Source: an uncultured Candidimonas sp. (lineage in GTDB: Bacteria; Pseudomonadota; Gammaproteobacteria; Burkholderiales; Burkholderiaceae_B). From it: 43,065 nucleotides of DNA. The translations under genes and the position numbers were made by a program. The notes under the pieces are model-generated. The model was not told the origin of the DNA. It did no database searches and was given only the letters and a program-made list of their open reading frames with translations. The stretch covers positions 1 through 43,065 of the forward strand of contig CAZONP010000002.1 in the NCBI GenBank assembly GCA_964581155.1, in the 5' to 3' direction. Shown piece by piece: positions 9,643 to 18,695 of this stretch; position 1 is the stretch's first letter, and each line of letters begins with the position of its first letter.

Positions 9643-10524
9643 ATGGTCCTGGCTTTATTTCGTTTGCTGGCACGGATCCCCTTGCCGATCCTCCACGGCA
9701 TCGGTCGGTTCGCCGGGCAAGCCGTTTATGCCTGGCCCGGGCGCTATCGGCGCCGCTTGCAAGCCAATGCCAGGCAAGCGGGCTACACCGACCCGGGCTT
9801 TGCGCGGGCGGCGGCGGCACAAACCGGCGCAATGATTCTGGAAACCGCCAAGGTCTGGCTGCGAACGGATGAATGCCTGCAAAAAACACAAAGCAATGAC
9901 AACGACGTGGTGCGTCAAGCGCTGGCCGAAGGGCGGGGCATCCTGTACCTCACGCCGCACCTTGGGTGCTTCGAAATTACGGCGCGTTATCTCATACAGC
10001 ACGGACCCATAACCGTCATGTACAGGCCGCCGCGCATGGCGTCCCTCGAACCGGTCATGGAGCAGGCACGCAACACGTCGGGGCTCAAGGCCGTGCCTGC
10101 CAACATGCAAGGGGTACGCGAGTTCGTGCGGGCGCTCAAGCGCGGCGAAGCGGTCGGCATGCTGCCCGACCAAGTCCCCGGCGGGGGCGACGGGGCGTGG
10201 GCGCCTTTTTTCGGCAAGCCCGCCTACACCATGACGCTTGCTGCGAAACTGGCCATGCAGACCGGCGTTGCAGTCATTCTTACCGCCGGCGAACGCCTGC
10301 CATCCGGCAAGGGCTGGCGCATCCACTACGTACGCCTGCCTGAACCGCTACCCGCCGGCGCTCCTGCCCAGGCAGCAGCAATCAACCAGGCCATGGAAAG
10401 CTTGATACGCCGCTTTCCCGAACAGTATCTGTGGAGCTACAACCGGTACAAGATTCCCCCGGAAGCACCGCCGCGTCCGGGGGACTTTCAAGAGGAAATC
10501 CAACCCGGCGACGGCCGCTCATGA
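9643..10524 (+). CDS. Lipid A late acyltransferase (LpxL/HtrB family), copy 1
   Basis: LTPHLGCFE (H-x4-E), LPDQVP, PFFG, PEQYLWSYNRYK. Confidence 0.9.
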   Translation: MVLALFRLLARIPLPILHGIGRFAGQAVYAWPGRYRRRLQANARQAGYTDPGFARAAAAQTGAMILETAKVWLRTDECLQKTQSNDNDVVRQALAEGRGILYLTPHLGCFEITARYLIQHGPITVMYRPPRMASLEPVMEQARNTSGLKAVPANMQGVREFVRALKRGEAVGMLPDQVPGGGDGAWAPFFGKPAYTMTLAAKLAMQTGVAVILTAGERLPSGKGWRIHYVRLPEPLPAGAPAQAAAINQAMESLIRRFPEQYLWSYNRYKIPPEAPPRPGDFQEEIQPGDGRS

Positions 10525-11411
10525 CGTTCAATAAAATGCCGCTGTTGCGGTCCTTGTTCTCTTACTTTGGGCGTAGTCCCCTCCATGTGCGGCAACGCTG
10601 GGCCAAAGGGCTGGGCTGGTGTGCCGCCAGACTAATGCGCTCGCGTGCCCACATTGTGCGCACTAACCTGCGCCTTTGCTTTCCGGAACGCTCCGCGCAA
10701 GAACGTGAGCAATGGCTACACCAGCATTTCCACCTGTTGGCGCAGTCCCTGGTGGATCGCGGCCTATTCTGGTATGGCCCATCGTCGGTCATCCTGGACA
10801 CCATTCCGATCGAAGGCCTTGACCACCTGCATGCCTTGCTCAAGGCGAAACGCAAGATCGTTTTGCTTGCGCCGCACTTTATAGGCCTGGATGCCGCGGC
10901 AACCAGACTGACGCTGTCCCTGCAAGAGTCGGCAACCATGTATACCCCCCAAAGCGACCCGGATATCGATGCGCTGGTGCGCGAAGGCCGGGCCCGCTTC
11001 AATCGCGTCAACCTCGTCAGCCGCCACGATGGTATTCGGGGGCTTATGCGCCATTTGCGTAACGGCATACCCGTGTACTACCTGCCGGACATGGATTTCG
11101 GCGCAGCAGGCGCCGCTTTCGTACCGTTTTTCAATGTCCCTGCGGCAACGCTGCTGGCAACCGCGCAAATCGCCAAGACGTGGGACGCAGCCATCGTGCC
11201 GATTGTCAGTCATCTTGATATCGTCACCGGGCAATACCGGGTCAGCGTCCTGCCGCCGCTGGACTTTTTTCCCGGCGACCAGACAGCCGAGCAGGCCACC
11301 GAACGGCTTAATCGGCTGATCGAAGACTGGGTCCGCGTCGATCCGCCGCAGTACTACTGGGTGCACCGCCGCTTCAAGACCCGGCCGCCGGGCGAAGCGC
11401 GCGTTTACTGA
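10521..11411 (+). CDS. Lipid A late acyltransferase (LpxL/HtrB family), copy 2
   Basis: APHFIGLD (H-x4-D), LPDMDFG, PFF, PQYYWVHRRFKTRP; ATGA overlap with copy 1. Confidence 0.9.
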   Translation: MTFNKMPLLRSLFSYFGRSPLHVRQRWAKGLGWCAARLMRSRAHIVRTNLRLCFPERSAQEREQWLHQHFHLLAQSLVDRGLFWYGPSSVILDTIPIEGLDHLHALLKAKRKIVLLAPHFIGLDAAATRLTLSLQESATMYTPQSDPDIDALVREGRARFNRVNLVSRHDGIRGLMRHLRNGIPVYYLPDMDFGAAGAAFVPFFNVPAATLLATAQIAKTWDAAIVPIVSHLDIVTGQYRVSVLPPLDFFPGDQTAEQATERLNRLIEDWVRVDPPQYYWVHRRFKTRPPGEARVY

Positions 11412-11459
11412 AACGCACGTCGAACGCACGGCAATGCGGACAAACACACCGCAATCCAG

Positions 11460-11465
11460 GATAAT
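11460..11465 (+). promoter_or_regulatory. Candidate -10 element (GATAAT) 6 nt before the dapF ATG (leaderless-type)
   Basis: GATAAT-TACCCC-ATG, with no Shine-Dalgarno in the spacer. Confidence 0.4.
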
Positions 11466-11471
11466 TACCCC

Positions 11472-12392
11472 ATGATATGGAATTTCACGAAAATGCATGG
11501 TGCGGGCAACGATTTCGTCGTCCTGGACGGGGTGCGCCAGGCAATTGACATGACGCCCGAACGTGCGCGCGCCCTGGCCGACCGGCACTTCGGCATCGGC
11601 GCCGATCAGCTGCTGCTGATCGAAATCCCGCTACACCCCGAAGCCGACTTCCGCTACCGTGTTTTCAACGCTGATGGCTCCGAGGTGGAGCACTGCGGTA
11701 ACGGCGCCCGCTGCTTTGTGCGCTACGTGCACGATCAGGGCCTGTCCCGGCGCAATCCCTTACGCGTGGAAATCTGCACCGGCCTGATCACGCTGGGCGA
11801 GTCCACGCCGGGCGAATCCACGCCGGGCGAATCCAGCGCCGGCGATATCCTGGTCGATATGGGTTCGGTCCGCTACACACCCGAAGCCGTGGCGTTCGAC
11901 ACCAACGGTTTGCAGAGCCAAGCCGCCGGCGACGACACTGTATGGACGCTTCCCCTGCCTGGCCGCCCCGACGCCGTCGTTTCCCTGGTGGCTGTCTCGA
12001 ATCCCCATGCCGTCCAGGTGGTCGACAACATACTCACTGCGGCTGTAGCGGAAACGGGACCTCTGATTGAATCGCACGCGCGCTTTGCGAATCGGGTCAA
12101 TGCCGGCTTCATGCAGGTAGTCGACCGAAACACTATCAAGCTGCGGGTCTATGAACGAGGCGCCGGCGAAACCCTGGCCTGCGGCACCGGCGCATGCGCC
12201 GCCGTCGTCGCCGGTATTCGTCGCGGCCTGCTTGACTCTCCCGTACAAGTTCATACGCGCGGCGGCAACTTAATGGTGGCCTGGGACGGCACAACCCTGC
12301 ACATGAGCGGCCCCGCCGTCACGGTCTTCACCGGCCAAGTCGACATCGACGCACTAACAGCACAGTTAAAAACCAAGGACGCCCTACTCTAA
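11472..12392 (+). CDS. dapF: Diaminopimelate epimerase
   Basis: [45 protein letters not shown]. Confidence 0.97.
   Translation: MIWNFTKMHGAGNDFVVLDGVRQAIDMTPERARALADRHFGIGADQLLLIEIPLHPEADFRYRVFNADGSEVEHCGNGARCFVRYVHDQGLSRRNPLRVEICTGLITLGESTPGESTPGESSAGDILVDMGSVRYTPEAVAFDTNGLQSQAAGDDTVWTLPLPGRPDAVVSLVAVSNPHAVQVVDNILTAAVAETGPLIESHARFANRVNAGFMQVVDRNTIKLRVYERGAGETLACGTGACAAVVAGIRRGLLDSPVQVHTRGGNLMVAWDGTTLHMSGPAVTVFTGQVDIDALTAQLKTKDALL
11796..11845 (+). repeat. In-frame 15-bp tandem repeat (about 3.3 copies) encoding [16 protein letters not shown]
   Basis: ggcgagtccacgccg ggcgaatccacgccg ggcgaatccagcgcc ggcga. Confidence 0.9.
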
Positions 12393-13075
12393 TGACTGCA
12401 AACAGCTATTCCCCCGACGACATCGCGCACTTCCTGGTGGAGAATCCGGAATTTTTCCAGGATCACGCGCAGTTGTTTGCCAACCTGCGGGTTCCCCACC
12501 CCAACGAAACACGCGCCATTTCCCTGGGCGAGCGCCAAATCCTTACCTTGCGTGCGCGCACCAAAGATCTGGAATGGAAACTCTCCGGCCTGATACACAA
12601 TGCCAGCGGTAATGAAAAAATCAGTAAGACGCTGAACGAATGGTGTTGCCGGATGCTGGGCGAGGACGACGCGCGCCAGATTCCGGGGCACATTGTGCGC
12701 AGCCTTGGCGATTTATTCGATTTACCTACGATCGCGCTGCGGCTTTGGGACTTGTCCAAACTTGGAGACAGCGAATTCACACAAGATGTCGACAACGGCA
12801 TACGCACGTTTGCCCGGGATCTGGTCAAACCCTACTGCGGCCCCTTGCATGGCCAAGAAGCGGCAGGTTGGCTCGGCACACCACCCGCATCCCTCGCAAT
12901 TGTGGCTTTGCGCCCCTCCGGACGAAATGAACCCATCGGGTTATTGGTGCTGGGCTCGGACGACGCTGAACGCTTCACCCCCGATATGGGAACCGCCTTC
13001 CTGGACACGATCAACGAGCTCGCCAGCGCCAGCCTGTTGCGCTTGCAAGGATCGATACCGCAACAGTGCGCCTAA
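12392..13075 (+). CDS. DUF484 (YigA-like) protein
   Basis: FLVENPEFF, LRVPHP, ISLGERQ, LVLGSDD.ERF.PDMGT.FL; conserved dapF-DUF484-xerC order. Confidence 0.9.
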   Translation: MTANSYSPDDIAHFLVENPEFFQDHAQLFANLRVPHPNETRAISLGERQILTLRARTKDLEWKLSGLIHNASGNEKISKTLNEWCCRMLGEDDARQIPGHIVRSLGDLFDLPTIALRLWDLSKLGDSEFTQDVDNGIRTFARDLVKPYCGPLHGQEAAGWLGTPPASLAIVALRPSGRNEPIGLLVLGSDDAERFTPDMGTAFLDTINELASASLLRLQGSIPQQCA

Positions 13076-13084
13076 GGCGCGGTC

Positions 13085-14035
13085 ATGCAAGCCTTGCCCG
13101 CCCCCATGGAGGACTGGCTCAGGCATCTGGAAGCCAACCGCCGCTATTCCGTGCACACCCTTACGGGGTATAGGCACGACTTATGGCAATTGACGCAGTG
13201 CCACCCGCAAACCACCCTGCAGAAAATAACCGAGAGCCACATACGGCAAGCCGTGGCACGACTTCACGCCCATGGATTGAAGCCGCGAAGCCTGGCTCGC
13301 GCACTGGCCGCCTGGCGTGGTTTCTATCAATGGTGGGCTCCTGTGATCGGACTGGACTCAAACCCGGCGACAGGCGTGCGCGCCCCGAAAATATCCAGGA
13401 GCCTGCCGAAAGCATTGTCAGTCGAGCAGACTCAGGTATTACTTGATCGTCCAGGTATGCCGCAGGCCCATACAGCCGTCGAATGCCGCGACCAGGCCAT
13501 GTTCGAGATTCTCTATTCCAGCGGTCTGCGCCTGGCCGAGCTTGTGAGCCTGGACTGGAGGTACCAACGCGTAGGGGCATACGAATCAACCAGCTGGATA
13601 CAAATCGCCGAGAAAGAAGCCATCGTCAAGGGCAAGGGCAATAAAACCCGTAGCGTTCCCCTGGGCGGGAAAGCCATTGCCGCTATCGAGGGCTGGATGG
13701 CACTACGGCATCAGATGGCGAATGGCACCGAAGACGTGGATTCCTCGGCGGCCTTGTTCGTCGGTGTACGCGGCAAGCGCATCAGTCCCCGGGTGGTGCA
13801 GCAGCAATTGAACAAGCTGGCGTTGTTGGCAGGTTTGCCGGTGCACGTGCATCCGCACAGCCTGCGCCACAGCTTCGCCAGCCACATGCTGCAATCCGCG
13901 CAAGATCTTCGCGCGGTCCAGGAACTACTTGGGCACGCCAATATCTCGACCACGCAAATCTATACGCGGCTGGATTTCCAGCATCTGGCGCAAGCCTACG
14001 ACTTGGCGCATCCTCGCGCCCGTCGCAAACCCTAG
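13085..14035 (+). CDS. xerC: Tyrosine recombinase XerC
   Basis: LYSSGLRLAEL, GKGNK.R, HPHSLRHSFASH, VQELLGHANISTTQIYT; dapF operon context. Confidence 0.95.
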   Translation: MQALPAPMEDWLRHLEANRRYSVHTLTGYRHDLWQLTQCHPQTTLQKITESHIRQAVARLHAHGLKPRSLARALAAWRGFYQWWAPVIGLDSNPATGVRAPKISRSLPKALSVEQTQVLLDRPGMPQAHTAVECRDQAMFEILYSSGLRLAELVSLDWRYQRVGAYESTSWIQIAEKEAIVKGKGNKTRSVPLGGKAIAAIEGWMALRHQMANGTEDVDSSAALFVGVRGKRISPRVVQQQLNKLALLAGLPVHVHPHSLRHSFASHMLQSAQDLRAVQELLGHANISTTQIYTRLDFQHLAQAYDLAHPRARRKP

Positions 14036-14057
14036 GATTGGCACCACTACTTTTTCA

Positions 14058-15047
14058 CTATTCGGGTTTTAGTACGTAAATGAGCTGGCCGGCATTCCAG
14101 CTGAACATACCCAGGTAGGTGGCCGCAGGCCTGTCAACATTGGATAGCGCATCTGAATAAAGTGTGCTGCCAATCTTGATGCCCGATTCCTTGGCGATTT
14201 GCGTCACCAACTTGGAATTGGTGGTGTTTTCGACGAACACACCCGCAACGCCTTCCTTCTTCGCCCGATCGATGATGGCAGCCACTTCCTTGGCGGATGG
14301 TTCCGCCTGGCTCGACAAACCGGCCACTGGAATGAACTGTATGCCGTAGGCCTGCGCGAAATAGCCGAATGCATCGTGGGACGTTATGACCTTGCGCCGC
14401 TCTGCGGGAATGGCCGCAATCGCCTGCTTGATTTCGGTGTCCAGCGTTTTCATTTTGCCAATATAGGCATGCGCCCGTCCAAGGTAATACGAGCGGCGGC
14501 GCGGATCCGCGCGCGCCAGCCCTTCGGCAATATTCCTTGCGTATATCATGCCGTTATCGAGCCGCTGCCAGGCATGGGGATCCACATCGGGATGCCCATC
14601 ATGCGATTTACCCACGCCATGCGGGATCGCACCGCCATGGGCATGATCGCCATCATCGAGTTGGCGCACCTCGATGCCCTCAGACGCAAGCACTTGCACA
14701 CCTTCGAATCCCGCCGCATTGATCAGGCGCGGCAGCCATGCTTCGAAATCCAGCCCGTTAATGACAAGCACCTGCGCCTGGGCCAAGGCCTTGGCGTCTT
14801 GGGGAGTGGGCTCGAACGCATGCGCGTCGGCGTTCGGACCAACGATTGTGGTTAACGACACATGCTCGCCGCCGATTTCCTTGACCATGTCACCCAGCAC
14901 GGAAAAGCTTGCAACCACACGCAGCGGCGGACGGTCTGCGGCGAAGGCTGAAGGTGCCGCGACCGCGAACATGGCGCCTGACAAGGTAGCAAGGAAGGCG
15001 CGGCGGGAACGCCACTTGATTTGCTTGATGCTAAATAATTTCAGCAT
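14058..15047 (-). CDS. Zinc ABC transporter substrate-binding protein (cluster A-I, AztC/ZnuA-like)
   Basis: VVASFSVLGD, DAHAFEP, short His-rich loop, DPHAW, SHDAFGY, YSDAL (His/His/His/Asp site); start overlaps the permease stop (TAATG). Confidence 0.92.
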   Translation of the reverse strand: MLKLFSIKQIKWRSRRAFLATLSGAMFAVAAPSAFAADRPPLRVVASFSVLGDMVKEIGGEHVSLTTIVGPNADAHAFEPTPQDAKALAQAQVLVINGLDFEAWLPRLINAAGFEGVQVLASEGIEVRQLDDGDHAHGGAIPHGVGKSHDGHPDVDPHAWQRLDNGMIYARNIAEGLARADPRRRSYYLGRAHAYIGKMKTLDTEIKQAIAAIPAERRKVITSHDAFGYFAQAYGIQFIPVAGLSSQAEPSAKEVAAIIDRAKKEGVAGVFVENTTNSKLVTQIAKESGIKIGSTLYSDALSNVDRPAATYLGMFSWNAGQLIYVLKPE

Positions 15048-15946
15048 TAGAGGCGCTCCGAGATTTGAGACAGACGTTGATGGCGGGCACGCGCTTGCCG
15101 CACGGCCTGTAACAGCCCACCCTGCGGGCCGAACAATACTGAGAAGAAATATACACTCCCAGCCGACAGAATAATTGACGGTGAGGCGGGCACGTTGGCG
15201 TAGTACGAAAATAATAGCCCCCCATATGACGATAGGCTGCCGATCACTGCGGCAAGCACCATTTGCCGGCCCACGGACTGCACCCAGAAACGCGCCGCCG
15301 TTGCCGGCAGCATCATGATGCCAACGACCATCAACGTGCCGAGCACCTGGAACCCAGCCACCAGCGTCATCACCAACATCACCAGGAAAACCATGTGAAT
15401 GAGCGTACCGACGCCACCCTGAGTACGCAGGAACAGTGGGTCCATGCATTCGATGACCAGCGGCCGGAATATGACCGCCAGCATGACTAGCGTAACGCTG
15501 GATGTAGCGGTGACCAGCAACAAGGAGGCATCGTCCAGCCCCAGCACGGTACCGAATAAGACGTGGATCAAATCCATATTCGATCCCCGCAACGACACGA
15601 GCAGCACGCCAAGTCCAAGCGACACCAGGTAGAACGCGGCGAAGCTTGCGTCCTCCCGTTGCGGGGTAAGGCGCGCCACCGCGCCGGCCAGCATTGCGAC
15701 GACCAAGCCGGTGATCATGCCGCCTATGGTCATTGCCGTAAGTGACAGACCAGCGGTCAGAAAACCGACGGCGACGCCTGGCAAAATGGCATGCGCCATG
15801 GCGTCGCCCGTGAGGCTCATGCGTCGCAAGACCAGGAACACACCCAAGGGACCGGCGGCGAAGGCCAGCGCAAGGGAACCGGCGAGCGCGCGGCGCATGA
15901 ACCCATAATCAATGAACGGCGAAAACAACCAGTCGAATAGCCACAT
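15047..15946 (-). CDS. Zinc ABC transporter permease (AztB/ZnuB-like)
   Basis: FMRRAL, LRRMSLTGDAMAHAILPG, DLIHVLFG, LPATAAR; multiple TM segments. Confidence 0.92.
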   Translation of the reverse strand: MWLFDWLFSPFIDYGFMRRALAGSLALAFAAGPLGVFLVLRRMSLTGDAMAHAILPGVAVGFLTAGLSLTAMTIGGMITGLVVAMLAGAVARLTPQREDASFAAFYLVSLGLGVLLVSLRGSNMDLIHVLFGTVLGLDDASLLLVTATSSVTLVMLAVIFRPLVIECMDPLFLRTQGGVGTLIHMVFLVMLVMTLVAGFQVLGTLMVVGIMMLPATAARFWVQSVGRQMVLAAVIGSLSSYGGLLFSYYANVPASPSIILSAGSVYFFSVLFGPQGGLLQAVRQARARHQRLSQISERL

Positions 15947-16662
15947 CAAAGGTAGTCTCCCGCACACAAGTGCCGCGCCAGGTGCAGGTTTTCGGGAGTG
16001 AGGACCTTATCGGTTTGCCCCCAAGCCACCGCCTGCCCCGCCATGAGCAAGGTTTGCGGAAAATGCGCCCGCACCATTTCCAGGTCGTGCAGCACGGCGA
16101 TTACCGTTCGTCCCTCACGATGCCAATCCTGCAGCAAGGCCATCAGGTCTTCTGTCGTGTGGCGATCCACGGCGGCGAACGGCTCGTCCAGCAGCAGGGT
16201 ATGTGCGTCATGCAATAACAAGCGGGCGAATAACGCACGCTGCAACTGCCCACCGGACAAAGTACCGATAATACGCGCGCCGAAGTCGCGCAGGCCAACC
16301 ATATCCAGGGCGGCCTGCACGCGCTGATGCTCATTGCGATCGAACGGCCGCCATGCCCCGACGCGTCGCCAGGCGCCCATCGCGACCAGGTCATATGTGC
16401 TGACGGGGAAACTGCGGTCCAGTTCTCCAGCCTGAGGCAAACAGGCCATCTGTTCGCGGGAGTCGCCCGCCAGGCGTATCCGGCCACGCAGGGGATTGAG
16501 CGACCCCATGATGCCCTTGAGCAAGGTGGATTTGCCTGCGCCGTTTGGCCCCACAATTGCCGTGAAGGAGCCCCGGGCAAACGCGCCGGAGACATCGCGC
16601 ACGGCAATGCGATCACCCCACCCAAGGGACAGTTGGTCGAGTTCGATTACTGAATTCGTCAT
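15946..16662 (-). CDS. Zinc ABC transporter ATPase (AztA/ZnuC-like)
   Basis: Walker A GPNGAGKST, LSGGQLQR, LLDEPF, VLHD. Confidence 0.93.
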   Translation of the reverse strand: MTNSVIELDQLSLGWGDRIAVRDVSGAFARGSFTAIVGPNGAGKSTLLKGIMGSLNPLRGRIRLAGDSREQMACLPQAGELDRSFPVSTYDLVAMGAWRRVGAWRPFDRNEHQRVQAALDMVGLRDFGARIIGTLSGGQLQRALFARLLLHDAHTLLLDEPFAAVDRHTTEDLMALLQDWHREGRTVIAVLHDLEMVRAHFPQTLLMAGQAVAWGQTDKVLTPENLHLARHLCAGDYL

Positions 16663-16672
16663 TGCGCCGCCC

Positions 16673-16822
16673 CTACCACCAGCCCATTGCCCAGCCCGTG
16701 AGGCCCCAGAGGAAGATGACCGCAACCGCTATACGCGCGATGCGCTGCACGCATGACATAAGCAGAATGGAGCCGCGATATGCGCGGGGGTCTGCTGGTT
16801 TTGCAAATATGGATCGAAGCAT
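16673..16822 (-). CDS. Small membrane protein (about 49 aa), first gene of the zinc uptake operon
   Basis: MLRSIFAKPADPRAYRGSILLMSCVQRIARIAVAVIFLWGLTGWAMGWW, one C-terminal TM; lies between the Zur box and the ATPase, and its stop sits in the ATPase RBS region. Confidence 0.65.
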   Translation of the reverse strand: MLRSIFAKPADPRAYRGSILLMSCVQRIARIAVAVIFLWGLTGWAMGWW

Positions 16823-16857
16823 GGGGACCGGAAGGGAGATCGGAAGGCAGAAGCAAG

Positions 16858-16875
16858 GTGTTATGTTATAACATA
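16858..16875. promoter_or_regulatory. Zur box between the divergent zinc-uptake operon and zur
   Basis: GTGTTATGTTATAACATA contains TGTTAT-N3-ATAACA (16859-16873), the proteobacterial Zur operator core. Confidence 0.88.
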
Positions 16876-16938
16876 CCGTTGATTTGCGCTCGAACTTTTT
16901 CCGCCGCATGTTCACTTACCGTTTACCGCAGGCCGCCC

Positions 16939-17427
16939 ATGACCCATGATCATTCGTCCGCCAGTTCGGATATATCGGCGCGTCTCAGCACCGCCGAAGC
17001 CCTGTGCCACCAACGCGGCAAGCGCCTGACTCCCATCCGGCGCAAAGTCCTGGAAATATTGCTTGCCGAGCAACGTAGCCTGAAAGCGTACGAACTCCTT
17101 GATCTCATACGCGACGTCCAGCAAGGTGCCGCCCCTCCAACGGTTTATCGGGCTCTCGACTTCCTTGTCGATGAGGGCCTGGTGCACCGCCTTGATGCAA
17201 TCAACGCGTGGACGGCGTGCCAGGATGCCGGGGGCGCGCCACACGATTTACTGGTGATATGCACACAGTGCGGGACGGTCGCCGAGCTTAGCGATCCCGC
17301 TCTGGGACGGCAACTGGCAAACAAGGTGGCGGAAGCGGGATTCATACTTGCAGGCCAGGAAACAGAATTGCGCGCATTGTGTCAAAAATGCCGCAAACAC
17401 GCCTCTCTAGGGGCATGTTTGCTCTAA
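16939..17427 (+). CDS. zur: Zinc uptake regulator (Fur family)
   Basis: RLTPIRRKVLEIL, AYELL, PPTVYRALDFL, HRL, CTQC and CQKC; adjacent Zur box and Zn ABC genes. Confidence 0.92.
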   Translation: MTHDHSSASSDISARLSTAEALCHQRGKRLTPIRRKVLEILLAEQRSLKAYELLDLIRDVQQGAAPPTVYRALDFLVDEGLVHRLDAINAWTACQDAGGAPHDLLVICTQCGTVAELSDPALGRQLANKVAEAGFILAGQETELRALCQKCRKHASLGACLL

Positions 17428-17436
17428 AGGCCGTGC

Positions 17437-17451
17437 TGTGATGTAATCGCA
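17437..17451. promoter_or_regulatory. Degenerate Zur-box-like dyad upstream of the COG0523 gene
   Basis: TGTGAT-GTA-ATCGCA: same 6-3-6 geometry as the Zur box, with mismatches. Confidence 0.3.
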
Positions 17452-17546
17452 CGTTGTATTTTTTCGCCGCGTAAGATATAGAGTGAAACGTTATTATTTA
17501 TTGCGGCGCGGCGCACATAACTGAACCGCGCTCTGCGAGGGCCACA

Positions 17547-18626
17547 ATGAAACCCGCTAAAGATCTTGACAAAATGGTACCGGTGACAGTGTTGACCGGT
17601 TTCCTGGGCGCAGGCAAAACCACCCTGCTCAAGCGTATCCTGACTGAATACCACGGTCGCCGGATCGCTGTGATCGAGAACGAATTCGGGCCGGAAAGCA
17701 TCGATAACGAACTGTTGGTGGAACACAGCGAAGAAGAAATCGTTGAGCTCAGCAATGGTTGTGTCTGTTGCACAGTACGTGGCGATCTGATGCGCACGCT
17801 GAACGAACTACGCGTCAAGCGGCTGGCCGGCGAACTGAATTTCGAACGCGTCATCATCGAAACCACCGGCATGGCCAATCCCGGGCCCGTCTGCCAAACG
17901 TTCTTCATGGACGACGAAATCGCCGACTATTACCGTCTCGATGCCGTTATTACGGTGGTCGACGCCAAGCACGGCATGGCAACCCTGGACACACAAACCG
18001 AAGCCCAGAAGCAAGTGGGCTTCGCTGATCGCATCCTGATTTCCAAGAAGGACCTGGTCAGCGAAGAAGACTATCAGGCAATGCGCGAACGCTTGCTGCG
18101 CATCAATCCGCGCGCGTCCATCACACCGGTGAACTTCGGCGAGACAGACCTTAAGACGTTGCTGGACATCAGTGGCTTCAACCTGAACACGGTGCTTGAC
18201 ATCGACCCTGATTTCCTCGCCGCCGAGCATCCCGACGCCGCGCACGATCACCATCACGAGCACGAAGGCGAGTGCCACACAGACTGCGGCCATGATCACC
18301 ACGGTCATCACCACCATGGCGCTCACAACGACGAGATCGGTGCCTTCGTATTCCGTTCGAACAAGGCGTTCGACCCGGAACGACTGGAAGACTTCCTCGG
18401 CGGAATCGTACAGGTGTACGGCCCGGACTTGCTGCGCTATAAGGGCATTCTGTACCTCAAGGGCATCAACCGGCGCATGCTGTTTCAGGGCGTGCACATG
18501 ATGATGGGCGCCGAACCGGGCCGCCCTTGGCTATCCGCCGAAAAACCTAATACCAAAATGGTATTTATTGGCCGTAAACTTCCCCAGGAAATTTTTACAC
18601 GGGGTCTGGAACAATGCTTGGTCTGA
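17547..18626 (+). CDS. COG0523 (CobW/YjiA/ZigA family) G3E GTPase zinc metallochaperone
   Basis: LTGFLGAGKTT, IENEFG, GCVCCT, IETTGMA, SKKD, internal His-rich tract, LRYKG, FQGVH. Confidence 0.93.
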   Translation: MKPAKDLDKMVPVTVLTGFLGAGKTTLLKRILTEYHGRRIAVIENEFGPESIDNELLVEHSEEEIVELSNGCVCCTVRGDLMRTLNELRVKRLAGELNFERVIIETTGMANPGPVCQTFFMDDEIADYYRLDAVITVVDAKHGMATLDTQTEAQKQVGFADRILISKKDLVSEEDYQAMRERLLRINPRASITPVNFGETDLKTLLDISGFNLNTVLDIDPDFLAAEHPDAAHDHHHEHEGECHTDCGHDHHGHHHHGAHNDEIGAFVFRSNKAFDPERLEDFLGGIVQVYGPDLLRYKGILYLKGINRRMLFQGVHMMMGAEPGRPWLSAEKPNTKMVFIGRKLPQEIFTRGLEQCLV

Positions 18627-18695
18627 TAACGAACCCGTAAGCGTAGTAACGCACACGAGGTTTCAGGCACCAACACGACAAAAAGAGGACATATC

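Noticed and set aside
9643-11411. Tandem lipid A acyltransferases as a novel duplication
   Set aside because: A tandem LpxL pair next to dapF is known from Bordetella, and the two copies are highly diverged
13085-14035. Tyrosine recombinase as a mobile-element integrase
   Set aside because: dapF-DUF484-xerC is the standard chromosomal context; no att or dif-like site seen
14058-15449. Long N-terminal extensions in the ORF track (also 30368..31474, 39424..40983, 35812..36849, 16780..17427, 33061..34437)
   Set aside because: They overlap neighbouring genes or operators; family homology starts at downstream codons that have stop/start coupling, an RBS or a promoter
18236-18330. Repetitive CAC/CAT-rich tract
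   Set aside because: It encodes the His-rich loop typical of COG0523 proteins
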